Part shown: piece by piece, positions 12,895-25,170 of the stretch
Layout: every line of letters starts with the position of its first letter
How positions within the stretch are numbered: the first letter of the stretch is position 1
Source of the DNA: Octopus bimaculoides
Lineage: Eukaryota
Reading direction: 5' to 3'
Assembly (NCBI RefSeq): GCF_001194135.2
Contig: NC_068995.1
Coordinates: 57,316,528 to 57,356,499 of the forward strand
DNA length: 39,972 nucleotides
Notes under the pieces: model-generated
The model's input: the letters and a program-made list of their open reading frames with translations, nothing else
Told to the model about the DNA's origin: nothing
Database searches by the model: none
Made by a program: the position numbers and the translations under genes

Positions 12895-12990
12895 CTGAGG
12901 CAGACTCTGAGTGGTTGCTTGACTTGCTAGAAATAGCAGCCATGCACTCCACAACTGATTTAAAGAAAGGAGGCTGGGATGCCTTTTCAA
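12895..12990 (+). repeat. Dispersed repeat family C (core CTTGCTAGAAATAGCAGCC)
   Basis: The same motif recurs at about 2991-3015, 23747-23762 and 37045-37060 on +, and at about 32610-32650 on -. Confidence 0.6.
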
Positions 12991-13269
12991 GACTGAACTG
13001 GTGAGTGGGGGTGGCGTAAATAATAGTCTTTGCCATCATCATCAGCATCACCATCATCATCATCATCATCACCACCATCACCACCATCATCATCATCATC
13101 ATCATCAAATATCCATGAGTACCCCATGCACTTCTTTCCATTTTCCATCTACCCCAGTACTCCTTTATAAGCATTGTCTGGTTTGTTAAATAAGTTATGT
13201 CTAGTGTTTGTAGCTATTTGGGAGGAAACAAAAAAAAGGGGGAAAACCGAAAACAAACAGACATACATA

Positions 13270-14006
13270 NNNNNNNNNNNNNNNNNNNNNNNNNNNNNNN
13301 NNNNNNNNNNNNNNNNNNNNNNNNNNNNNNNNNNNNNNNNNNNNNNNNNNNNNNNNNNNNNNNNNNNNNNNNNNNNNNNNNNNNNNNNNNNNNNNNNNNN
13401 NNNNNNNNNNNNNNNNNNNNNNNNNNNNNNNNNNNNNNNNNNNNNNNNNNNNNNNNNNNNNNNNNNNNNNNNNNNNNNNNNNNNNNNNNNNNNNNNNNNN
13501 NNNNNNNNNNNNNNNNNNNNNNNNNNNNNNNNNNNNNNNNNNNNNNNNNNNNNNNNNNNNNNNNNNNNNNNNNNNNNNNNNNNNNNNNNNNNNNNNNNNN
13601 NNNNNNNNNNNNNNNNNNNNNNNNNNNNNNNNNNNNNNNNNNNNNNNNNNNNNNNNNNNNNNNNNNNNNNNNNNNNNNNNNNNNNNNNNNNNNNNNNNNN
13701 NNNNNNNNNNNNNNNNNNNNNNNNNNNNNNNNNNNNNNNNNNNNNNNNNNNNNNNNNNNNNNNNNNNNNNNNNNNNNNNNNNNNNNNNNNNNNNNNNNNN
13801 NNNNNNNNNNNNNNNNNNNNNNNNNNNNNNNNNNNNNNNNNNNNNNNNNNNNNNNNNNNNNNNNNNNNNNNNNNNNNNNNNNNNNNNNNNNNNNNNNNNN
13901 NNNNNNNNNNNNNNNNNNNNNNNNNNNNNNNNNNNNNNNNNNNNNNNNNNNNNNNNNNNNNNNNNNNNNNNNNNNNNNNNNNNNNNNNNNNNNNNNNNNN
14001 NNNNNN
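13270..14006. other. Largest assembly gap (~0.74 kb)
   Basis: N-run flanked by (ACAT)n and (CT)n; its content is unknown. Confidence 0.98.
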
Positions 14007-14058
<52 letters not shown>

Positions 14059-14871
14059 CCACCATTATAGAAGGGGCAAGGGGAAAGCTCCCAGTAAAAA
14101 TTCCATTGAAGAGTTTAAAAGGAATCGGTTATAGCAGCAACAACTATTTCTTCTCAAAGTTTCATATCTGACCAGCATCCGAGAGAGAGAGAGAGAGAGA
14201 TAGAGAGAGTGTGTGTGTCTGTGTGTATCATCATTTAATGCTGGTATGGGTTGGACTATACATGTGCATATCTATCTATCTATCTATCTATCATGTGTGT
14301 CTGTGTATGTATATATGTGGATGTGTGTGTCTGAGTATATAGTTCTCTCTTTTCTCTCTTGGTTGTACACCCCAAAATATCTGCACACACACACACACAC
14401 ACACACACATCTCTATGTTATGCATACATGAATATCTGTTGAGTCTCTGATTCCTACTAATGCTTCATTTACTGGCTGGTGTTTAATTAGCATGTTCTAA
14501 ATATTACTACTAGCATGCTAGACTGCATTGATGAGTTCAGTTTTCAGAACAACAACAACAGTAACACCAACACCAACACCAACAGTGGCAGCAGCAGCAG
14601 CTTACAAGACAACAATACCGTCCAGTTTTTTTAAAAATTTGTTTATTAGCATAATTATTTCAACAATAGACAAGGCCAGCATGTTTACACACACACACAC
14701 ACATGCAAGTACATACAATTCAAATTCCTTTTTGTGATCACTTTGCGATGGAGCCTTTTAGATAACATAAAGCAGAGTATATAACCGATTGGGTGCATTT
14801 GAGATCCATTAATTTTGAAACCAAATGTTTTGTTTCATTATCTGTGTTATAACAAGCAGCTCCTATTGTGT

Positions 14872-14967
14872 ATAATAATAATAATAATAATAATGATAAT
14901 AATAATGATGATAATAATAATAATAATGATGATAATAATGATAATGATAATGATAATAATAATGATA

Positions 14968-14998
<31 letters not shown>

Positions 14999-15068
14999 TA
15001 ATGATAATAATAATAATGATAATAATAATAATGATAATCATAATAATGATAATAATAATAATGATAAT
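14872..15068. repeat. Compound (AAT)n/(GAT) triplet repeat, about 200 bp
   Basis: Read directly; it produces the spurious poly-I and poly-N/D ORFs. Confidence 0.95.
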
Positions 15069-15069
15069 A

Positions 15070-15295
15070 GTTTCAAATTTTGCCACATGGGCTGCCATTT
15101 TGGGGGAAGGGATGTGTTGATTACATCAACCCCCAGTGTTCAACTGGTACTTATTTTATCAACCCCTGAAAGAATGAAAGGCAAAGTTGACCTTGGCAGA
15201 ATTTGAACAGAGAACATAAAGATGAATGAAATGCTGCCAAGCATTTTGTCAGAAGAAGTAGCAATTCTACCAAGACACCAACTTATTAATGATAA
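15070..15295 (-). mobile_element. SINE family A, near full length, with long (ATT/ATC)n tail
   Basis: The core CCCCAGTGTTCAACTGGTACTTATTTTATCAACCCCTGAAAGAATGAAAGGCAAAGTTGACCTTGGCAGAATTTGAAC and a decayed head (about 15240-15290) are present. The 3' end runs directly into the 14872-15068 triplet repeat. Confidence 0.8.
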
Positions 15296-15454
15296 TCTTT
15301 TCTTCTATGATCACTAAAACTGCTACAAAAAGAAGCTATATATCCTTTATATCACATTCTTTCAGCTTAAATAAGGAGAAGCTAGGGTTAGGGGTAATGT
15401 AGTTCTTAAAAGATGGGAGGATCACAACTAGAAAATCTGTTTTGCAAGTTTCTT

Positions 15455-15660
15455 GGTGACCCTGTTGGTGCCATGTAAAAACACCAGCAACACATACACT
15501 ATGTATAAGGGTTGGCATTAGGAAGAGCATCCAGCTGTAGAAAGAATGGCAAAGCAGACAATGGATACTGGTGCAGCTCTCCAGCTTTGCCAGCTCCTGT
15601 CAAACCATCCAACCCATGCCAGCATAGAAAACAGATTTTAAATAAAGATGATGATGACGT
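15455..15660 (+). mobile_element. Retroposon 3' tail fragment ending in (GAT)n
   Basis: GTTGGTGCCATGTAAAAA...GGTTGGCATTAGGAAGAGCATCCAGCTGTAGAAA...TCCAACCCATGCCAGCATAGAAAACAGA...GATGATGATGAC. Confidence 0.7.
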
Positions 15661-15904
15661 ACATCAACTTGACCAGGCCTGAAATGTGACCAGACAACAT
15701 CAGTGACTCACAATCCAGCAAAAAAGCTCTTACATGATTGGTTAAAAGCCAAACCTCTCTCAAACAAATTACACCATCCCATCGTTAAAAAAAAAAAAAG
15801 AAGAATGTAATTTTAGACATACTTTGTCTGAATAAAAGATGGATTGGTCATCTTTTGCTGTTTCCTTTTTTGCTTGTGCCAGTCATCAGACTGCAGTGAT
15901 ATAT

Positions 15905-16108
15905 TTATATACATTCGCCATCATAGATCGCTAGCCACTAAACCTTTTTCTATTTTCTCTCCTTGTTTATTTCTGTGTTCCTTTCTGTCGAAGAGCATAC
16001 ACTCGAAATGTAAAAGACTTTCTCAATTCTCGAGCATTAAACTAATACATCTGTTTGTTGTTTACACACCCATCTTTGTCTTTTGTTTTTTTTTGTAAAT
16101 TCTCACTA
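15905..16108 (+). mobile_element. Second short Penelope-like pLTR-type repeat, followed by (TA)n
   Basis: ...GATCGCTAGCCACTAAAC...TTTCTGTGTTCCTTTCTGTCGAAGAGC...CTCGAAATGTAAAAGACTTT...CGAGCATTAAACTAATACATCTGTTTGTTGTTTACAC... Recalled as a common octopus repeat. It contains the hammerhead-like fold and abuts a (TA)n tract. Confidence 0.5.
15981..16016 (+). ncRNA. Degenerate/variant minimal hammerhead-like motif (CUGUCGA core)
   Basis: Seen: CTTT-CTGTCGA-A-GAG(cataca)CTC-GAAA-TG-TA|AAAG. Stem I is CTTT/AAAG, stem II is GAG/CTC, and the cleavage triplet is GUA. Core position A6 is U and stem III has U-G in place of C-G, so this copy is probably inactive. Confidence 0.5.
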
Positions 16109-16120
16109 TATATATATGTA

Positions 16121-16197
<77 letters not shown>
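16107..16197. repeat. (TA)n microsatellite
   Basis: Read directly; it joins the pLTR-like repeat to a SINE B copy. Confidence 0.95.
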
Positions 16198-16201
<4 letters not shown>

Positions 16202-16249
16202 ACACATATGTATATACATATCCATATACACACACACACCATTACACAT

Positions 16250-16402
16250 AGGCTTCAACACAGTTTCTCTCTACCTAATCTACTCAGAAGCCTTTAGTTG
16301 GCCCAAAACTACAATAGAAGACACTTGCCCAAGGTGTCACACAGCGGGATTGAACCCAGAACTATATGATTGCGAAACAAGCTTCTTAACCACTCAGTCA
16401 TA
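16250..16402 (-). mobile_element. SINE family B, 5' half
   Basis: Minus strand: ATGACTGAGTGGTTAAGAAGCTTG (A-box)...GGGTTCAATCCC (B-box)...CACCTTGGGCAAGTGTCTTCTATTGTAG. Confidence 0.85.
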
Positions 16403-17099
16403 GAATTCATTTGATTACAGATCTGCTTGAACTTGGTTAACTCGAAGCTAAACAACAGCAACAACTTCAACATCATCCTATGACAACATCTCATTGGCTG
16501 GGGTTCAAACCTAGGTTCCTTCATACACAAGCAAACCAACTTCATATAATCAACATACTCTGTTACTAAAGTTATTTTATGCTTGTTTTATACCACTACA
16601 ATATATTTATGCACTCTGCCTTACCTCGGTCTCTGCAAACTCTCAGTTCGGTTTGGTAAATAAAATTCAAAGCATTAGTGGATCATTTTTATTTAGTTAT
16701 TAACTTATTCATTCATTTTTTTAATCATAAAACTTTGTGTGAAGTTTGTTATTCAAAGCTTCAGCGAGACTGAAAATTGGCAAGAATCTCATAAGCTTGT
16801 CTAACTTTCAGTTCATAAGTTAAATACTTTTGTTTTGTTGACTCGTATATACAAATGATGATGCTCACAATTGCACATTTTATTTACCATAATAATAATA
16901 ATAATGATAATAATAATAGTAATAATAATAATTATTATTATTATTATTATAAAGTTGCTTGACTAGTAAAGTTGTTTGGTAATTTTATTTGAATTTTATC
17001 TGAATATTTCTTGCTTGATGGGCAAAGTAATAGTTTGGTGCTTGCTTATTTTGTTGATTTTTCAAAAATGAAATATTTTAATAAATCATTTGACTATAT

Positions 17100-17135
<36 letters not shown>

Positions 17136-18307
17136 TACATGTGTGTGTGTGTGTGTATTTCAGCATCAGTCTAAGACTTCATTATATTCATGTGTGTGTG
17201 TGTGTGTGTATATATATTTCATGCACACATATATAATTTTTTTCCCCTCAAACAGTTATAAATAAATAATAATGTTTATTGAATCTTATCAATAACCTTG
17301 TGTGCTAATGATACAGAAGATCCTCCCCCTCTTCCCTCCTCCCCCTCTCTCTCTCTCTCTGCACATTATTATTTTTGTGGTTTGTCTCTCAAGTTTTAAT
17401 TATGAAAGCTTTCATCTCAGTTTTGTGGATGGAATATTGAGAATTTTGACATTATTTCAACTCGCACATCAATAGTGAATTTATGAAGAACCATATTGCA
17501 TAGTAAACACTAGGCAGTAAAAGATCAAAGAATTTTCTAGTCTAAAACCAAATGGAAGGTGGAATATTAGAACCATCTGACAGAATACATTAATGTCAAG
17601 ACATTTGCATAATCTCCATTCTGTGTTATGTAAACCAAACTTATTGCAAAGTTAGTATCTTTAGAGATAAACTCTCTATTATTCCTTGCAAACTTTCCAA
17701 ATTTTCTAATATTCCCTTTGATCTGCCAAAGCTTTGTTATTTTATTGCCATTTCCAATCCAAGACAACCATTCTACCTATAATTATACCAGTATGGTCTG
17801 TAGAACTTGACTGTCAATTGCCAAATGACAATTGAAATAATAACAATAATTGTTGTCAATTGATTCTGATTTGTCAATTGATATCCTTTGCCTTTTTTTT
17901 CTTTTTTTTAAACTCTTTCTTTATATTTATTCCTAATTTCAATGTAGTTATTTCTAAATTACATTTAAAAACTCATTTTGGGGATTTTTCATTAGTTATA
18001 TGAATGTGTGTGTGTATTCTCGGACATGTTTCATCGTTTTTTTCAGTAGATTTTTTTCTTTCTAAGCTAGGGCATTCTCTTCCGCATTTATAGAACAAGC
18101 ACTTGTGATCATTTTGATATTATAACAGAGATAATGAGGGTGATGATGATGATGATGATTTTAATAATAGTTTCTTTATTAATCATTAAGGGTTTACAAA
18201 CAGAATGTGGACCAACAGGTCAATACAGTACAATATAATATGATGTGGGTTTACAAGAAACCATATAAGTACTAAATCAACAACTAATAATAATAATAAT
18301 AATAATA

Positions 18308-18509
18308 CTTTCTTCTATAGGCCAGTATTTTTAAGGGGAGGGGTAAGTTGATTACATCACTCCCAGTGCTCAACTGGTTCTTATTTTATTGATCCTGGAA
18401 GGATGAAAGGCAGTGTTGACCCCAGCAGCATTTGAACTTAAAATGCACGGCTGGAAGAAATGATAAAAATGTGACTTAGCACTTTTATCCAGTGTGCTAA
18501 CAATGCTGC

Positions 18510-18510
<1 letters not shown>
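18308..18510 (-). mobile_element. SINE family A
   Basis: CCCAGTGCTCAACTGGTTCTTATTTTATTGATCCTGGAAGGATGAAAGGCAGTGTTGACC...ATTTGAACT; (AAT)n lies at the tail side (18285-18306). Confidence 0.75.
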
Positions 18511-18556
<46 letters not shown>

Positions 18557-18589
18557 AATGCATAAGTAGGTTGTTTTTTTTTTAATTCT

Positions 18590-18715
18590 TAATGGCATTT
18601 TGCCAGTCTTCACGTTCTGAGTTCAAATTCTGCCGAGGTTGACTTTGCCTTTCATCCTTTTTCAGTGCTGATAAAATAAGGATCAATTCAGCACTGGGGT
18701 CAATGTAATTCACAT
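18590..18715 (+). mobile_element. SINE family A, sense orientation
   Basis: GTTCTGAGTTCAAATTCTGCCGAGGTTGACTTTGCCTTTCATCCTTT...GATAAAATAAG...CACTGGGGTCAATGTAAT, followed by (ATT)n. Confidence 0.8.
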
Positions 18716-21700
18716 TATTGTTATTATTATTATTATTATGAATGCTAACTTTGATGGACTTCTAGTGTTGACCATGCAAGATGGATGTAGAACAAACACA
18801 ACAAAAACTCTGTCAGAAGCTGAACTTTTCCTGTGGCCAGTGTTGAACCCAACACTGTAAGTCAACAAACCACTCCTCAGTTTTACTCTGCTACTGTAGT
18901 TTGCTATCATAAAATATACATGCTGTGATATTTAATTGCAGTTAGGTGGACAGTACTGTCCAAAGTTCTGATGTATCTTGAACACATCACTCTGCTGGTC
19001 CCATGATGCAAAATCCAAAGTTTATTTTGGTTTGTCTGTTGCATTACATATTTTTAGCTTTGTTTTTGTTTTTCTTTCTTTTTCTTTTTATTACTTGGCA
19101 ACTTCTTCTTCAACCAGGATCTTGGTAATACTTCTTTAGAGTAGAACCAATATATATCACCAAGAGATACTCAGCAATTCTAGTTACACAATCTATTTAA
19201 AAAATCTGAAAGCATGTTTAAATTTCTAAGATTATCGTATCATAAAATTGTATTTCTCCACCACCACCACCACAACCACCACCATCATTAAAGCCACACA
19301 TTTTCAGTGTTTGTTATTTTGCATATTTCTTGTCTTCTCATTAAATTATTATTTATCTAAATAGGAAATCTTCCAAGCTGTCTTGTACANNNNNNNNNNN
19401 NNNNNNNNNNNNNNNNNNNNNNNNNNNNNNNNNNNNNNNNNNNNNNNNNNNNNNNNNNNNNNNNNNNNNNNNNNNNNNNNNNNNNNNNNNNNNNNNNNNN
19501 NNNNNNNNNNNNNNNNNNNNNNNNNNNNNNNNNNNNNNNNNNNNNNNNNNNNNNNNNNNNNNNNNNNNNNNNNNNNNNNNNNNNNNNNNNNNNNNNNNNN
19601 NNNNNNNNNNNNNNNNNNNNNNNNNNNNNNNNNNNNNNNNNNNNNNNNNNNNNNNNNNNNNNNNNNNNNNNNNNNNNNNNNNNNNNNNNNNNNNNNNNNN
19701 NNNNNNNNNNNNNNNNNNNNNNNNNNNNNNNNNNNNNNNNNNNNNNNNNNNNNNNNNNNCTTAACAATCTTTTATAATCATTCATTCTGTATAACTTCAT
19801 TAGCAATGTGCTCTTTCTTAGAAAAGATATTCTCCGCCCATCCCCCTACCCCATCTGCATTCTTACACTCACAATTAAATTACTGTAGTTATTATGATTA
19901 TGTGTTTTAGATAGGACAGTTGAAAATATTCACCAGTCTAAAGGAATATTTGATTATTTCCCGCCTTTAAACAGATGCATAAAAGACTAAAAGGAATTCA
20001 TTGATCAAATTGTTGACTAGTTTTGCTGTTGAAATCTACGACGACAAAATTCTATTACAGCTCAGCGATAATCTTTGTTTGAAAAAATAAAATAAAGTGG
20101 AACAGAATAGAAGAAAAAGCTGCGTATCTAAAGCCTTGATCAGTGATGGTAAGTTGTAGAGCGAAATGAACATGGACCTCCAACGGAGTCCTTTCAGAAC
20201 GAGTCAGAAGTGGAGCTGTTCTGCCCACAGTCATATTGCTTGACTGAAAGAAGATAAATGGAAACTGAAGGTGTCTTATTGCAGGCACTCTGTAGGTGTT
20301 TAAAAAGTTTTAGTGCACCACTAACAAGGCAATTTGCATAGAAGGAAATCACAGCAATGAAAAATCTTTTCCGTTTAGTATTCCACTTAAACTGTTCTCT
20401 TTCTTTGGAAAAGCTTGAAAAATATTTCTTTTTTAGAAAAAAAAAAAAGAAAAAGAAAAAAAGACCNNNNNNNNNNNNNNNNNNCCCCCCCCCCCCCAAG
20501 AAAACTTGAGAAATAGCAGACTAAAAGAAGAAAATACAATTATATTAAATAGTAATACCCCCCTGATAGTATTTGCATGTGAAATGTGTTTGTATTTTCC
20601 ATGTCTCTTTCTTACATGCACACACACACACACACACACGTTAGTGCAAACACGCTATCTTGAAGATAGTGGTTTGCATAGAGATCATTGTCAGTGTTTT
20701 ACATATTCCTATAACATTTATTTTTCAATAAAATAAAGAAAAACTGATTATGGTTAAAGCAGTTTACGCTACAGTACATTTTTGTTTGTTATTTGAAGTT
20801 TTTATTTGATTTGTATTTGAAAGAAAATCTTCCTTAATAAAATGAAACATAAACCACAACAGATGAAAGTTTCAGGGCCCATTCACTGAGTTTCTGATTT
20901 GTTTATGCATTTTAGATATGTTTTGGTAGTTGATGCTTTTACATGTTTGATACTCGATGCTGTAACCCCCTTCTGGTCTTTATAGGGTGTTCATGATTAA
21001 CATATCTCATAATTTGAATTCTGTTTGTAAGTTGTTGGGAAGTCATTATTGAGACAGAAAAGAGAAAATGAATGATGGAGGAATGAAGTTTGTTTATTAT
21101 ATGATGGCAGTTGGTTGTAGTTTGTCCCCCAGAACGGTTCCTGATGATGTGTACAGAAATAATAATTTCTTTTGCTTCTGGTTGTTGTCAAATATTGTTC
21201 ATACGTGAAAGGGACAGACATGGATATTACAACAATTTTTGAATTGGCTGAAGTGAAAAAAAAAAAAAAAAAATGAAACTAGTTAGGGACTGATGAATGA
21301 TGAATGAAGAAAATGTACCTTGTGATGAAATTTGCATGGAATTGGAAGTGTAATCCTCTAGCGGCAGTTTTTGCATTCAGGGAAGAATAATGTTTGGCTG
21401 TTTTCAATAGGTAAACTTACTGCTGTTATGTAATTTTCCATGAATCTTGAAGAAGTGGCGTAAGAAATGGAAAAGTAAAGGAATGAATGAAATTTTGCAT
21501 ATTGACTTTTGAATGTAGAAGTCTCTTGGAATGTGCTTTTAATTAGTACATAATTAGATACTCTGTGCTGTCTTAGGAAATTATTATTTTCTTTTAATCT
21601 TTGATAAAAACCAATTGAAATATTGAGAGAAATGAACTGAGCAAAGAGAGAGAAAATGAATGGTCAAGAAATGAAGTTTGTGAGTTTGTGGTGTAAATGA

Positions 21701-22327
21701 GAGCAAACTTGATGCTTTGTGTATGATTGTCGTTTGTCAGTTTTGTGTTATGTTAGTTGTTTGTTGTGTGTGCATTCAACCCTGGAAACCCCGAAGACAT
21801 ATAGTTGCCCATGTCCTCATAAATATAAGGGAACCTTCTCAAATATTTGCTCACATGATTTATTAATTGGCATTGCTAATTTAATAGGAAATTGTTGTCT
21901 AATTAATATAACTGGTATGTCGTCACCAACTGAAGAAAGAATGAGTCCTGGAATAAATAGTTTTTTTTTTCTTTTTGTTTGTTTGTGATGTGGGCCTTCA
22001 ATTATAATTTTTACCTCAAGGATATTTGCTTGAATAACTTAATATGTACCATTACACATGCCATTAAGTTGGTCTGTTGTACATAAAGGGATAATCATAG
22101 TGTTGGTCATTAATTTTAATATATGTATGTGATGGCTGACCAGAAACAGAATTAGTCTGAAGGGTCATCCTGATGCAAACTTTGATCATGACTTGGCACA
22201 AAACCTTTTCATCTCCTGGAAATTGTTGCATGACGGTGACATTTGTTTACAGCTATTGTGCAGTGTAAAGGCAAGGAAACAGTAACACATGCATGCGTGC
22301 ACTCACACACACACATATATATATAAA

Positions 22328-22488
22328 CAGGCTTCTTTCAGTTTCCATCTGCCAAATCCACTGACAAGGCTTTCGGTCAGACATGATCTTGAGTTGATGA
22401 CATTTGCCCAAGGTGCCAGACAACAGTGAGACTGGACTGAGATACATGTGGTTGGGAATCAAACTTCCTACCACACAGCCAAGCCTAC
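22328..22488 (-). mobile_element. SINE family B, 5' half
   Basis: Minus strand: GGCTTGGCTGTGTGGTAGGAAGTTTG..TCCCAACCACATG...GCACCTTGGGCAAATGTC...GCCTTGTCAGTGGATTTGGCAGATGGAAACTGAAAGAAGCC. Confidence 0.85.
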
Positions 22489-22498
22489 ACTTCATTCA

Positions 22499-22539
<41 letters not shown>

Positions 22540-23201
22540 ACATATATATATATATATTGTGGGTGCAGAGCTAAAAGGGAGTAAAAAGTAAATGAGTTCT
22601 TCCTGTGTTCATCTCTCTTTTTTCTGTCTTTTTCTGTCTTTGTAGTTCTTGCTCAGAATCAAAACCAGGTCATATTAGTCTTTCTTATTTTCTTTCTTTT
22701 CTTTTTGGTTTTTTTCCATGAGAACTTTACCATTGCACCACTCTGGTGGCTCGCATCGGTAATAAAAGAAAGAAAGAAAAAAAATGAAAGAAAAAATAAG
22801 AAGCATAACCTAATCCAGTGAACTAACTTGGTTTAGCAATTCACTGACTTTTCTGATTGGTTATTGATCTGTAACATATACATGACATTGAAGGGAGGTG
22901 GTGGTGGTGGTGGTGGTGGCGAAGGGTTGATTAGTTATTTTTTCAACTATAAACTACATTTAGGAGTTACTGCTTACAATTGGATATAATAGTGTTTTGC
23001 TTCAGTGAAGCATTTTTATAATTAAATATTAAGATATAGCATTTTGGGATAACATGTTGCAGTAGATTTTTGTTTATTATTAGTATTAGTATTATTATTG
23101 TTATTATTATTATTATCTGGATTGGAAATTTTTCAGAATTAGCTCTGATGCTGTTTGTTATTAGATGATGCATTGCATTTAGCAATTAGATTATAAGCAT
23201 T

Positions 23202-23234
<33 letters not shown>

Positions 23235-24130
23235 GTCGTCATCATCATTGTCGTCATCATCGTCGTCATCACCATATTGGTGAATAGAAAGATACGATAG
23301 TGTAGCCTGGAGTAAAAACTTTAACTGGATCTATTCCCATTTATCAGTTGAGGCTCAACCGCCTCGTTATTTAGAATTTTAATTCCTGTTGGGAGTTTGG
23401 TTGCTTGGCTTTCACCCTTTCCATGATTGCTATCGTACAAATTAGTTGCAATCAAAGCTAGATGAATGGATGATTGGTTGGATTGCTTCCTTGTCAGGAG
23501 TTCAAATCCTGCCTTTCTCCTGTTACTCTTTTTTTATGTCCATCAGACAGTGAATAAAATATGTTGCAGTAATAAACTTCTTCAGCCATGAACCAATGAG
23601 AAAGAATCGACGTCAGTCTTGGGCAAACTGCGACTCATGGCGTTTTCTGAATTGGCACACCGAAAGAAATATTACTTTGAATTTGTTTTAGTAACGTGGC
23701 CCACCTGATGATGAGCCATGTCTCATGTCTATGGTTGTTATACAGACTAGAGATAGCAGCCAAGTCGCCCAAAAGACCCTTGTACATTCTTCAAAAAGAA
23801 AGGACATGTTGGATAAAACAGTTTTTGATATCATATTTTTGGTGTGCAATATTTAAATTTCACTGTTGCCCACTATTCATATTATGAAGTGGGTACTCCA
23901 TGCACTGGTACAGAACACAATGCCATATATTGTCTATAGCAGAAGGGAAATTACACTGTGTATGATGTGTACGTGTGTGTGTGTATTTGTAATCTGAGAA
24001 TGTTAGACAGTGACTTAAAGGCCTACAGTAGTTTTGTGCTGTGCTTTCTTTAATATTAAACACCAAGTTTCTGACCCACTCTTGCAGTAATCATGGCTAA
24101 TAAGAGATTATACAGATTGCNNNNNNNNNN

Positions 24131-24176
<46 letters not shown>

Positions 24177-24630
24177 TCTACTTTCTGGATTGAGTTTTTT
24201 CTCTTGTTTGTGAAACCAAATATAAAATTTCTCTCTCCTCTTGATCTTTCTCTCTCTCCATGTATACACACAAACACACACATGCACGTATGTGCAACAT
24301 TAGCCATTGCTGTCTTTTTTTTTATCTAGCAAAAGCCCTCTACATGCAGATCCGAGTGTCATCTAAGCTCTGTGTCTCTTAAAATGATACAAGTGTTTGT
24401 GTTTCATTGTTTATAGTAGTAGTGGCTCTGATGATGATGATGATCGTGATGGGGACTCCTAACGCATGTCAAAACATTAAGCAGTGAGATACAGTGATTG
24501 ATGCAACGGGTGGGGGTGGGGGTCATAATTTTTGGGTGATTTTTTTGTTTTCCTAAATTTCATTTACTTAATTTTTCTGGCAGAGTAGAAGATGAGAAGG
24601 TTCTTTTTATTCTGGTAGAAATGAAGTTTT

Positions 24631-24664
<34 letters not shown>

Positions 24665-24794
24665 ATCTGAAACAGCATTTACTTTTCGACATTTGAAGAC
24701 TGAAACCCCTGACCACTTCCAAGAGTAATTTGCTTCCTTCTATGGTGATGCTTATTTCCACTTCACAGAAAAAATGTGAGACGTGTTGTGAGGC

Positions 24795-24860
24795 AGAGGC
24801 ATGGCTGTGTGGTTAAGGAGTTCAGTTCACAACTATATGGTTTCAGGTTCAGTCCCACCA
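24795..24860 (+). mobile_element. SINE family B, head fragment
   Basis: GGCATGGCTGTGTGGTTAAG...ATGGTTTCAGGTTCAGTCCCAC (A- and B-box-like). Confidence 0.65.
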
Positions 24861-24984
24861 GTCAAACACTGAATTCAATATAACCAACTACTCTCTCTTT
24901 CTCTCTCTCTCTCACACACAAAATTTCTGGCCTTGTGCTTCTGTAAGAAACCACCACCACCACCACCACTACTGAAGTGCTAGG

Positions 24985-25170
24985 TATGCTAGTGGATCTT
25001 AACATTCTGTGTTCAGATTCTACCAGGATTCGCTTAAGTTTCCATCCCTGTAGTGTTGATGAATAGGTACCGCCTGTGTAATAGGTAGCAAAAATAGAAA
25101 GTTGATTTACTCACTCTTACTCAATCTCCATCTTTAGAAATTAAGAGTTTTGTGCTAATGTTAGAGAAAC
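24985..25170 (+). mobile_element. SINE family A, highly diverged
   Basis: GTGTTCAGATTCTACCAGG...TTTCCATCCCTGTAGTGTTGATGAATAGGTACC and a tail-like AGAAATTAAGAGTTTTGTGCTAATGTTAGA. Confidence 0.45.

Noticed and set aside
12707-13189. Overlapping His/Asp/Met-rich ORFs
   Set aside because: Made of triplet microsatellites plus a family C repeat.
13174-14171. Long ORFs of 283-324 aa (also 6808-7345, 19357-19910, 37225-38050)
   Set aside because: Artefacts of N-runs translated as X.
15860-15895. CTGATGA...GAAAC on the minus strand resembling a third hammerhead
   Set aside because: No stem II or stem I pairing; the segment looks like a SINE B tail remnant. Other CTGATGA hits (6680, 21143, 21290, 23705, 39095) also lack the fold.
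16340-16402. tRNA-like A/B boxes (also 4712-4770, 24795-24860)
   Set aside because: No cloverleaf; they continue into SINE bodies, so they are SINE heads rather than tRNA genes.
21719-21988. EGF-like YSCPCPHKYKG...C motif in an 89-aa ORF
   Set aside because: Incomplete cysteine spacing, no convincing splice sites and no neighbouring EGF exons.
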